A stretch of DNA of 24,374 nt from Chiloscyllium plagiosum. Its lineage: Eukaryota. Below are positions 10,345 to 20,844 of this stretch, one piece after another (position 1 is the first letter of the stretch; the number at the start of each line of letters is the position of its first letter). The notes beneath the pieces were generated by a model that saw nothing but the letters and a program-made list of their open reading frames with translations, was not told the DNA's origin and did no database searches. Made by a program: the position numbers and the translations under genes. Location: positions 11,441,160-11,465,533 of the forward strand of contig NC_057752.1 in NCBI RefSeq assembly GCF_004010195.1, in the 5' to 3' direction.

Positions 10345-11693
10345 GCAAGTAGTCTACCTGGGTTGACATTCTCAAGGAGGAGTTGTTAGCAATTCTGAAA
10401 AGTGTGAAAATAGATAAGTCCCCTGGGCCAGATGGGATTTATCCTAGGATTCTCTGGGAAGCCAGGGAGGAGATTGCAGAGCCTTTGGCTTTGATCTTTA
10501 TGTCATAATTGTCTACAGGAATAGTGCCAGAAGACTGGAGGATGTTGTCCCCTTGTTCAAGATGGGGAGTAGAGACAACCCTGGTAATTATAGACCAGTG
10601 AGTCTTACTTTGTGTGTGGGTAAAGTGTTGGAAAAGATTATAAGAGATAGGATTTATAATCATCTAGAGAGGAATAATTTAATAAGGGATAGCCAACACG
10701 GTTTTGTGAAGGGTAGGTTGTGCCTCACAAACCTTATTGAGCTCTTTGAGATGCTGACCAAACAGGTGGAAGAGGGTAAAGTGGTTGATGTGGTGTACAT
10801 GGATTTCAGTAAGGCGTTTGATCAGGTTCCCCACGGTAGGCTATTGCACAAAATACGGAGGCATCGGATTGAGGGTGATTTAGCAGTTTGGATCAGAAAT
10901 TGGCTAGCTGAAAGAAGACAGAGGATGGTGATTGATGGGAACTGTTCATCCTGGAGTTCAGTTACAAGTGGTGTACTGCAATGATCTGTTTTGGGGCCAC
11001 TGCTGTTTGTCATTTTCACAAATGACCTGGATGAGGGCGCAGAAGGATGGATTAGTAAATTTGTTGATGACACTAAGGTCGGTGGAGTTGTGGATAGTGC
11101 TGAAGGATGTTGCAGGGGGACTTAGATAAGCTGCAGAGCTGGGCTGAGAGGTGGCAAATGGAGTTTGATGTGGAAAAGTGTGTGATGATTCACTTTGGAA
11201 GGAGCAACAGGAATAAAGAGTACTGGGCTAATAGTAAGGTTCTTGGTAGTGTGGATGAGCAGAGAGATCTCGGCGTCCATGTACACAGATCCCTGAAACT
11301 TGAGGCTGTTTTTGTTAGAGAGAAGAAGGTTGAGAGATGACTTCATAGAGACGTATAAGATAATCAGAGGATTAGATAGGGGGGACAGTAAGAGCCTTTT
11401 TCCTCAAATGGTAATGGCTAGCATGAGGGGACATAGCTTTAAATTGAGGGGTGATAGATACAGGACAGATGTCAGAGGTAGTTTCTTTACTCAGAGAGTA
11501 GTCGGGGCGTCGAATGTGCTGCCTGCAACAGCAGTAGTCTCACCAACTTTAAGGGCATTTAAAAGGTAATTGGATAAACATATGGATGAAAATGGAATAG
11601 TGTAGGATAGATGGGCTGCAGATTGGTTCCACAGGTCGGCGCAACATCGAGGGTCAAAGGGCCTGTACTGTGCTGTAATGTTCTATGTTCTAT
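10345..11693 (+). mobile_element. 5'-truncated CR1 LINE (RT domain to 3' tail) with an internal deletion
   Basis: ORF 10553-10984: PGNYRPVSLT, SQHGFVKGR, VDVVYMDFSKAFDQVPH, SGVLQ; then KFVDDTK. The segment between HRSLK and LRLF (~11298) is missing. Tail (ttctatg)n. Confidence 0.93.
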
Positions 11694-11746
11694 GGAAAGT
11701 CAGTAAAATAAACTGCTCGTTAGGCCTTGGTGTTTTATAAAAGTTG

Positions 11747-12221
11747 GAATGAAAGGCTTAACATATGAGGAACGTTTGAGGTCTCTGGGAACTATACTCG
11801 ATGGAGTTTAGAAGGATGGGGGGGGGGATCTGATTGAAACTTACAGAATATTGAACAACCTGGATAGAGTGGACATTGGGAAGATGTTTCCATTGGCAGG
11901 AGAGATGAGGACCTCATGGAACAGCCTTAGAGTAAAAGGAAGACCCTTTAGAATGGAGATAAGGAGAAACTTCTTTAGCCAGAGAGTGTGGAATTGGTGG
12001 AATTCATTGCCACAGAAGGTTGTGGAGGCCAGGTCATTGAGTATATTTAAAAGAAAGATAGATAAGTTCTTGATTGCCAAGAGGAATCAAAGGTTATGGG
12101 GAGAAAGCAGGAGAATGGGGTTGAAAAACCTATCAGCCATGATTGAACGGCAGAGCAGACTCGATGGGCCAAATTGCCTAATTTCGGCTCCTATGTCTTA
12201 TGGTCTTATGGTCTTATGGTC
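11747..12221 (+). mobile_element. CR1 LINE 3' end
   Basis: ORF 11851: LDRVDIGKMFPL...RRNFFSQRVWNWWNSLPQKVVEA; tail (tcttatgg)3. Confidence 0.9.
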
Positions 12222-13539
12222 AAAACAGCCTGGATGGGTGTGGCCAGCTCTCCTAGACCCAGGATGTCTAGTTTTTGTTAGGTTTTAGGTCTAGCTTTAA
12301 GCAGTTGCTGTTGGAGTCTTAACAGGGCAGAAGCTGCTGGAGTTTGAAGGAGTAGTTGGATCCAGCTGGAAGCTGCTGGGTTCCTGCGAGACCAATCGAT
12401 TTGTCTGAATTTGCCTCTTTTTGCCAAGGGGTGTGTTTATTGGATGTTCCTATATTGGAAGAGTTAATGAATAATAATCACTGAATTTCTTATTCTGTTA
12501 GGTTTTCCAAAAGAGTTAAGTTATTCTAAGTTCTTCTTTCTTTTGTTTGTATTTTAACTAAAGTGTTTAAATAAATTGTGTTTTGTTTCACGCCGAATAG
12601 TTTGACCAATCAAATTGCATCTTGAACACAACACATGATGTTTGCCTTTAAAAGAAGAATAACATTGGTGATAGACTACCTTCCTAAATCATTTGGAAGG
12701 TGTCTTGTCTGGTCTGGTCTATAACACTACTGCACTCCTTGCCATTCTTAATAAAGCAGAGAATACTGTCGGAATTATGATATTCTCCTACCATCTCCAG
12801 CGATCGAGACACCATATCCCTCTGATCCTATACCTTCCTAAGTATTGTGCGTCCATGTCCCTCTGACAACAAAACATCATCTCACACTTCTCCATGTTGA
12901 ACTTCACATGATACCTTTCTGCTCACTTTACTCTGTCCTATTGATGACCTACACTGTCACAGTTTGCAGCTTTGAAGTTTAGTAACAATCAGAACCTTTG
13001 AAATTAGCCCCCTGCTGACTAAAACTCAGATCTTTGATGCATATTGAGAAAAGCAAGGGTTCCAATACTGTCCCCCTGGTGAATTTCATTCCAAATCTTC
13101 CTCTATCCCGGAGAACATCCATTGACCACGACTCCACTATAACTATTCCTCATCAATGTCATGCAAATGTTATTATCCATTTGATTCCATGAGCTATCAC
13201 CTGACTCACAAGTCGTGTTGTGTTTTACTTGGTTGAATGATTTTTGGATGTCCATGAGCATCATTATTCTCATTGACCCATCCTCTTACGTCTTCCTAGA
13301 AATAAAACCTCCATTGACTTATCCTTTTGGATATCTGTGCTGGCTCCTCTAAAACAGCCCACCTTTTCCCATGTGACTACAAACTCTACCTAGAATAAAT
13401 GTTCCAAGAAGCTTCCCCATCATCGAAGTGAAACTGACTCGCTTGTAATTGCTCAGTTTTTCCTTGCAATCTCCTGTGAACAAAGGACTAATGCCCGCCA
13501 TTCCACATTGAATGAAGACCGAGGCATTATGGACGGAAA

Positions 13540-13881
13540 CATAGAATCATACAATCCCTACAGTGTGAAAACAGGCCATTTGGCCCAACGCAGCCACACT
13601 AACCCTCCGAAGAGTAACCCACCCAGACCCATTCCCCTACGCTATTATTCTACATTTCCCCTGACTAATGCACCTAACCTACGCATCCCTGGGTACTATG
13701 GGTAACATAGCATGGCCAATTCACCTAACCTGCACATCTTTGGATTGTGGGAGGAAACTGGAGCACCCTGAGGAAACCCACGCAGAGACGAGGAGAATGT
13801 GCAAACTCCACACAGGCAGTTGCCTGAGGCTGGAATCGAACCCGGGTACCAGGCACTGTGAGGCAGCAGTGCTAACCACTT
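13540..13881 (-). mobile_element. HE1/V-SINE-type SINE
   Basis: Same body as 4064-4366 (...gaggaaacccacgcag...gcagcagtgctaaccact). Confidence 0.88.
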
Positions 13882-14714
13882 TAATTTCCACTCTCATTTC
13901 CTTTAATATCATTGAATGCATCAGATCCGATGCCAGTACCTTCTTAAATTTAAGTAGCACTAGCCTGTCGAACATTTCCTTCTTGTCAGGAACCCTTTTA
14001 GTGACAGTGCTTCATTTTCTGTTACAGATGCCTTGTATCGACCCCCTTTATAAATACAAATGCACAGGATTCATTTAATACCTCAGAATTGTCCATTGCC
14101 TCTCCGTGTAAATTGATCTTTTGATTCAGAATCAGGGCAGGCAATGATCAGTGTCCTCTAACCGAAGACAGAAGCTGTCACTTGTAGGGGCTCGGAAAGG
14201 GGAGCAGTGCATTCTGGGGAAATAGGCCCAATGTTTGGCCAACAGCCAAATCCAAGTGCCAGAGCTCAATTATTGCGCCCATGAGCCAGCACAACTCGAG
14301 CAGCCAACTAGCAAGAACCAGAAATCAAGTTTAAAATCTGGTATTTGATTTAATACCATTGTCATTCAGTACTTCGATTCAGTTGTTGATTGAATCCCTC
14401 TTCCAACTGCTTTTCTGTGGTTCATTACTCAAGGAAATATTTCAACCTGTCAGAGTCAGTGTGCCTGGTTTAAACTTGCACAAGGTCTGCCAGCTAACTA
14501 TCCTTACAACCTACCATTAGATGTGCTATCCATTAGAGACCATTTGCTGAATGGGCTGCTTGTTTCTAGTTGACAATAATAATATGGTGTTGCTCCTTCC
14601 ATTGGTATTATGGCTAATTGACCTGAGAAATTTAACAGTAACAAGCTTGCAGATATCCTGCTGAGAGATTCTGCTGGACAGGGGTGACCTACCGACAAGG
14701 GGCACGAATTTAAA

Positions 14715-15775
14715 GTCAGGGTCAGGGCCAGGGTAAGGGTCAGGGTTAGGGTTATGGTTAAGGTCAGGGTTAGGGTCAGGGTCAGGATCGGGGTTACGGT
14801 TATGATTAAGATCAGGGTTAGGGTCAGGGTTAGGGTCAGGGTTAAGATCATAGTGAGCATCAGGGTTAGGGTCAGGGTCAGGATCAGGGTTAGGGTCATG
14901 ATTAAGATCAGGGTTAGGTTTATGATTAAGATCAGGGTTAGGGCCAGGGTCAGGATCAGGGTTACGGTTATGATTAAGATCAGGGTCTGGGTCAGGGTCA
15001 AGGTTAGTGTCAGGATCAGGTTTAGGGAATTGGTTAAGATCAGGGTTAGGGTCAGGGTTAGGGTTATGATTAAGATCAGGATTAGGGTCAGGATTAGGGT
15101 TAGGGTTACAGTTATGATTAAGATCAGGGTTAGGGCCAGGGTCAGGATCAGGGTTAGGGTCATGATTAAGATCAGGGTTAGGGTCAGGGTTAGGTTTATG
15201 ATTAAGATCAGGGTTAGGGCCAGGGTCAGGATCAGGGTTACGGTTATGATTAAGATCAGGGTTAGGGTCAGGGTTAGGGTTATGATTAAGATCAGGATTA
15301 GGGTCAGGGTTAGGGTTAAGGTTACAGTTATGATTAAGATCAGGGTTAGGGTCAGTTTCAAGATTAGTGTCAGGATCAGGGTTAGGGTTATGATTAAGAT
15401 CAGGGTTAGGGTCAGGGTCAGGATCAGGGTTACGGTTATGAGTAAGATCAGGGTCAGGCTCAGGGTCAAGGTTAGTGTCAGGATCAGTGTTATGGTTAAG
15501 GTCAGGGCTAGGGTCAGGGTTAAGGTTAGGTTAGAGTTAGGGTTATGGTTAAGATCAGAGTTAGGGTCAGGTTTAGGGTCAGGGTTAGGGTTATGGGGGT
15601 CAGGGTTATGGTCAGGTTAGGGTTAGAGTCAGGGTTTGGACCAGGGTCAAGGTCAGGGTTATGGATAGGGTGAGGGTCAGGATTAGGGTTCAGGTTAGGT
15701 TCAGGGCCAGGTTTAGTGTTAGGGTCAGAGTGAGGGATAGGATTTGGGTCAGGGTTATGGGCAGGGTCTGGGTTA
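14715..15775 (+). repeat. Telomere-like hexamer array (TTAGGG/TCAGGG and variants) with higher-order units
   Basis: In-register hexamers TTAGGG, TCAGGG, CCAGGG, TCAGGA, TTACGG, TTATGA, TTAAGA; recurring block ATGATTAAGATCAGG. Confidence 0.92.
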
Positions 15776-16625
15776 TTTTTCTGGCACTTTGCTTCTGTGG
15801 CACTCTGTTTCTTATGCATGCTGTTTCCCTGACACTCTGCTTCTCTGGCACTCTGTTCCTCTGGTAGTATTTTTCTGTCCCGTTCTGTTTCTCGGCTGCT
15901 CTGTTCCACTGGCCCTGAGCTCCTCTGGCACCCTGGTTCTCTTGCATACTATTTCTCAGACACTGGGTTTATCTGGCACTCTAGAGGAGGAGACACTGTG
16001 TTTGTGTCGCTATGACTTTCCTTTTACTATGTACTATCACTGTTTCTCCGACAGTCTGTTTCTCTCATTCTCCATTTCTCTCTCTCTCTGTTTCTGTCGC
16101 AGGCTGTGTCTCTGGCACTCTGTTTATCTCGCAAACTGTTTCCCTTGCCGTATGTTTCTCTCACACTCTGTTTTTCTGCAACTCTGTTTCTCTCACAGTG
16201 TGTTTCCCTTGCACGATGTATCTAAGGGAATCTATTACTCACGTACACTGTTTTTCTACACTCTGTTTCTCTCGCACGCTGTTTCACAGGCACTTTGTTT
16301 CACTGGCCCTTTTTTGTCTGGCACTCTGTTCCTCTGGCGCTCCCTCTTTCTGTTGCAGGTTGTTTCTCAGGCACTGTTTCTGTCCCACAAGCTGGTTCTC
16401 AGGCACTCTGTGTTTCTTTGGCAAACTGTTTCATTCACACTCTGTCTATCTTGCACTGGATTACTCCCACTGGATTTCCCTCTCACAGTGTTTCTCTGGC
16501 ACTCTGTTTCTCTTGCTCTCTTTTTTGTGTGTAACTTATTTCTCTGGCACTCTCTTTTTCAGGCACTCTGTTTCTCTCAATATGTTCCTCTGATAATCTG
16601 CTAATCTCGCACAATGTCTCTCAGT
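15776..16625 (+). repeat. Degenerate pyrimidine-rich satellite
   Basis: Many imperfect copies of (ct)ctggcactctgtttc(tc). Confidence 0.8.
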
Positions 16626-16639
16626 AACTTTGCTTCCTC

Positions 16640-17279
16640 GCAAACATGGAAAAGTAGAGCACAGAACAGTCCCTTAGGCCCACGATATTGTGTCGAGACT
16701 TAATCCTAATATAAAATAGAGTAACTTAACCTACGCACCCCTCAACTCACTGCTATCTATGTGCATGTCCAGCAGTCGCTTAAATGTCCCTAATGACTCA
16801 CTTCCACCATGACAGCTGGCAACGCATTCCATGCATTCACTACTCTCTGTGTAAAGAACCTATCTCTGTCGTCTCCTTTATATCTTCCTCCTAATATCTA
16901 CAAACTATGACCCCTCGTACCAGTCAATCCTGCCCTGTGGAAAAGTCTCTGGCTATTGACTCTATCCATGCCTCTCATTACCTTGTATACTTCGATCAGG
17001 TCACCTCTCTTCCTCCTTCTCTCCAAAGAGAAAAGTCCAAGCTTAGTCAACTTTTCTTCATAAGGCAAGTCCTCCAGTCCAGGCAGCATCCTGGTAAACC
17101 TTCTTTGCACCCTCTCCAAAGCCTCAGTATCTTTCCTATAGTAGGGCGACCAGAACTGGACACAATATTCCAAGTGTGGTCTCACCAGGGACTTGTAGAC
17201 CTGTAGCAAAACCTCGCGGCTCTTAAACTCGATCCCCCTGTTAATGAAAGCCAAAACACCATATGCTTTCTTAACAACC
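16640..17279 (-). mobile_element. CR1 LINE 3' part, cut by the assembly gap
   Basis: Minus translation VVKKAYGVLAFINRGIEFKSREVLLQVYKSLVRPHLEYCVQFWSP...TRGHSL. Confidence 0.92.
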
Positions 17280-18213
17280 NNNNNNNNNNNNNNNNNNNNN
17301 NNNNNNNNNNNNNNNNNNNNNNNNNNNNNNNNNNNNNNNNNNNNNNNNNNNNNNNNNNNNNNNNNNNNNNNNNNNNNNNNNNNNNNNNNNNNNNNNNNNN
17401 NNNNNNNNNNNNNNNNNNNNNNNNNNNNNNNNNNNNNNNNNNNNNNNNNNNNNNNNNNNNNNNNNNNNNNNNNNNNNNNNNNNNNNNNNNNNNNNNNNNN
17501 NNNNNNNNNNNNNNNNNNNNNNNNNNNNNNNNNNNNNNNNNNNNNNNNNNNNNNNNNNNNNNNNNNNNNNNNNNNNNNNNNNNNNNNNNNNNNNNNNNNN
17601 NNNNNNNNNNNNNNNNNNNNNNNNNNNNNNNNNNNNNNNNNNNNNNNNNNNNNNNNNNNNNNNNNNNNNNNNNNNNNNNNNNNNNNNNNNNNNNNNNNNN
17701 NNNNNNNNNNNNNNNNNNNNNNNNNNNNNNNNNNNNNNNNNNNNNNNNNNNNNNNNNNNNNNNNNNNNNNNNNNNNNNNNNNNNNNNNNNNNNNNNNNNN
17801 NNNNNNNNNNNNNNNNNNNNNNNNNNNNNNNNNNNNNNNNNNNNNNNNNNNNNNNNNNNNNNNNNNNNNNNNNNNNNNNNNNNNNNNNNNNNNNNNNNNN
17901 NNNNNNNNNNNNNNNNNNNNNNNNNNNNNNNNNNNNNNNNNNNNNNNNNNNNNNNNNNNNNNNNNNNNNNNNNNNNNNNNNNNNNNNNNNNNNNNNNNNN
18001 NNNNNNNNNNNNNNNNNNNNNNNNNNNNNNNNNNNNNNNNNNNNNNNNNNNNNNNNNNNNNNNNNNNNNNNNNNNNNNNNNNNNNNNNNNNNNNNNNNNN
18101 NNNNNNNNNNNNNNNNNNNNNNNNNNNNNNNNNNNNNNNNNNNNNNNNNNNNNNNNNNNNNNNNNNNNNNNNNNNNNNNNNNNNNNNNNNNNNNNNNNNN
18201 NNNNNNNNNNNNN
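17280..18213. other. Assembly gap (934 N)
   Basis: Run of N. Confidence 1.
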
Positions 18214-18673
18214 ACTGGAACGGGTGCAGAGGATGTTTACCAGGATGTTGCCTGGTATGGTAGGAAGATCGTATGAGGAAAGGCTGAGGCACTTGGGGTT
18301 GTTTTCATTGGAGAAAAGAAGGTGTAGGGGTTACTTGATAGAGGTGTACAAGATGATTAGGGGTTTAGATAGGGTCGACAGTGAGAATCTTTTTCCAAGG
18401 GGGCATAGCTTTAAATTAAGGGGTGGTCGGTATAGGACAGATGTTAGGGGTAGGTTCTTTACTCAGCGAGTCGTGAGATCATGGAATGCTCTGCCAGTAG
18501 CAGTGGTGGACTCTCCCTCTTTATGGGCATTTAAGCGGGCATTGGATAGGCATATGGAGGATAGTGGGCTAGTGTAGGTTAGGTGGGCTTGGATCGGCGC
18601 AACATCGAGGGCCGAAGGGCCTGTACTGCGCTGTATTCTTCTATGTTCTATGTTCTATGTTATATGTTCTATG
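18214..18673 (+). mobile_element. CR1 LINE 3' end
   Basis: ORF 18224: FTRMLPGMVGRSYEERLRHLGLFSLEKRR...FFTQRVVRSWNALP; tail (ttctatg)n; resembles the 3' end of 10345-11693. Confidence 0.92.
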
Positions 18674-18679
18674 TAAGCG

Positions 18680-18775
18680 TTCAGGTTAGAGTTAGGGTTA
18701 GGTTTAGGGTTAGGGTTCGGATTATTGCTATGTTTAGGGTTAGTGTTAGGGTTATTGCTAGAGTCAGGGTCAGGT
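18680..18775 (+). repeat. Short degenerate telomere-like tract
   Basis: gttagggttaggtttagggttagggttcgg...gtcagggtcagg. Confidence 0.75.
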
Positions 18776-18799
18776 TGCTTTCTTTGGAGCAGAGAACTT

Positions 18800-19220
18800 T
18801 GAGGGGGACAAGTTGTCCTAGAGGTGGCTGGAAGGTGTGTCAGGGCAGTCCACAGATTAGATGGTGGATCGGGGTGAGCGAGAGCCCGATGGTACGTAGG
18901 GGCAGACCGATAGTTGGAAGGCAGGTAGGCCATCGTCAGCGCTGTCACACTGAGCAGATACTGGGGCGGGTTGTCCTAGAGGTGGCTGGAAGGTGCAAAG
19001 AGCGGTTAGGGAAGTCGGAAGGTGGGTAGGTTGTCCTGATCGCTGTCGTCTTGGGGTGGGGAGGTTGAAACAAGACGGGCTGTACTAGAGTTGGTTGGAA
19101 GGTATGTCAGGGAGGACAGAGAGCCGGAAGGGGCGTAGGGGTGGGCTCTCTTCGAGTGGCCGGAAGGTAGGAGGGACGGGTGGCTTGCTGGGGGTGGGGG
19201 ACGGGGGGGGGACGGGGTGG
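18800..19220 (+). repeat. Degenerate G-rich repeat region
   Basis: Exact 26-bp repeat gttgtcctagaggtggctggaaggtg at 18812-18837 and 18970-18995, further ggaagg variants, and a G-run block near 19190-19220. Confidence 0.6.
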
Positions 19221-19225
19221 TCTGT

Positions 19226-20260
19226 ACTTTATGCACTGTTTCTTATCTAATTGAACTGTCTGGTATGTATTTGTTACTGTTACTTTTGTGATGACTAAAA
19301 GTGGGATTTGAGGTTTGTCCTCATCTCCCTGAAAACTGGCTGAACAGTGGGGTTTGGGGTCTGGCTTTGCCACTCCTCTGTTAATGTTAATTGTTTGTCA
19401 ACTATACTGTTTAATTTGCTCACTCTGAGAGCTGGCTCTGAGGGAGCTGGATCAATGTCAAGGATTCTCCACGTGCAGATAAAGGGTGACTTGGTGACAG
19501 GATACTGGCCTCCATGGAGTTATTTCAGTGGCGACAAGAGAAAAATATACCCCTGAAGAAATTTGTTCACAACAGTCGTCTTTGAGTTATGATAAGCATT
19601 TCTGGCATCATGCGGCTATTTGGGAAGCTTGACTCGTTCTATCCTGCCATCAAAGACTGGGTTCGGTATGTGGAAAGAATGCGTTATTTTTTTCTGGGCA
19701 GATGAAAAGCAACGAGTAATTCTTCTGACAGTTTGTGGACCTGCAGCTTTTTCAGTTATTAGGAGCCTAACTTTCCCAGAGTCACCAGACACTAAAACCT
19801 TTCAAGAGTTGATGGATTTAGCTAACCAATATTAAGACCTCAGCCTCCTCTAATTCTGAGAGGTTATCGGTTTTTACTCTGCAATTCAAGTATCAGGAGA
19901 ATCCATATTGGGATTTTTGATGAAATTAAAATGACTGGCAGAGGCATCTGACTTTGGTTTAACCTTTAGTGAGATGCTGAGAGACCATTTGGTATATGAG
20001 ATTAATGATGTTTCCATACAAAAGCACTGACTAGCTGAAGCCCAGCTAGACTTCAAACAGGCCCTACAACTGGCTTTACCATTGGAGAATACAGCAAGTG
20101 GAACGTATGAATTGCAGAGTATTCCAATGGAAGTGGGCATCCTCGCCAGTCTGACTGAGCTTGGGGGACACCACTTGAGTGAAGGGAATAGAATAGTCCC
20201 ACTCAGGGCATATCCTGAACCCAGAGGGACTCGAGGTCAGCCCACAGCAAAACCCATCAG
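19226..20260 (+). mobile_element. Gypsy LTR retrotransposon 5' remnant: partial LTR, PBS and disrupted gag
   Basis: LTR-like end ...ttatttCA (19527) followed by PBS-like tggcgacaag (19529-19538). From ATG 19610: MRLFGKLDSF...DWVRYVERMRYFF / QRVILLTVCGPAAFSVIRSLTFPESPDTKTFQEL / EMLRDHLV, typical of Gypsy gag; frameshifts and stops present. Confidence 0.78.
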
Positions 20261-20844
20261 CTAATTATTGAAATTCATATCTTGTCACTGCGGAATCACA
20301 TAATACAATGATATCTCCTGTTCCGGCTCCATCGCTTTACTCAGTCAAGTAGGGCTGCTTTTGTTTGACCTAGTAGGCTCTGTGTCTGAGATCATTTGCT
20401 GCCTCACTTATCTGCTTAGTTTATCCTTGTTTCCTTTCTTTGTCTTATCCATCTAATCCTTTATGATTCCCCAGGTCTTCCACTGATTTCGGCCCCTGTG
20501 GAGTGTAAGGTTAGTCAAGGCAATTGTGTTCCTTTGGCTTTGCTGCAAGCACAGAAATCCCTATTTAACTCTGGCAGCCTCCTTTTAATCAGGAAGGATG
20601 TGATTTGGTCCAAGTGGAGCCACTTGTTGAGTCGAAAGAACTGCATCAGAACCAGGGGATATATTCAAGGAGAGAACAGCAAGAGCACCCTCCCACAACA
20701 ACAAATGTGGGACGATAATTGAATAACCCTGAATGACAAAGACATAAAGGTTAGGATTAATAAAACTAGGGAAGTTTATGGACAGAGCTGATTGTTAAAA
20801 ACAGTACGAATACAATTGTGTTTCTGATTACTTAACGTTGGTCT

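Larger units (their letters stand above)
10270..12726 (+). mobile_element. Gypsy-type solo LTR interrupted by two CR1 insertions
   Basis: Begins TGTGATG, ends TATAACA, flanked by a 4-bp target-site duplication CTAC (10266-10269 and 12727-12730). AATAAA at 12570. Termini resemble the reverse complement of LTR 22500-23176. Confidence 0.75.
9650..14120 (-). mobile_element. Very old CR1-type LINE remnant broken by younger insertions (segments ~9650-10269, 12727-13535, 13882-14120)
   Basis: Minus strand near 13030-13078 gives decayed QGTVLEPLLFSICIKDL, matching RT motif [17 protein letters not shown]. The sequence joins across the LTR insertion at the CTAC duplication. Confidence 0.55.

Noticed and set aside
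14504..15469. 321-aa minus-strand Leu/Thr/Ile ORF resembling a multi-pass membrane protein
   Set aside because: It is simply the translation of (CCCTAA/CCCTGA)-type repeats.
14715..15520. CRISPR-like repeat/spacer pattern
   Set aside because: The sequences between the constant blocks are themselves repeat hexamers, not unique spacers, and the context is eukaryotic.
15744..16604. 286-aa and 193-aa Leu/Phe/Ser/Cys-rich ORFs
   Set aside because: The A-poor satellite lacks stop codons in several overlapping frames; no domain signal.
16898..18292. 464-aa and 339-aa ORFs
   Set aside because: Artefacts of translating through the N gap; the real parts are CR1 fragments.
14715..18775. Integrated herpesvirus terminus with telomeric repeats, or a telomere-telomere fusion site
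   Set aside because: No viral genes were recognised. All tracts have the same polarity, with no head-to-head TTAGGG/CCCTAA junction.
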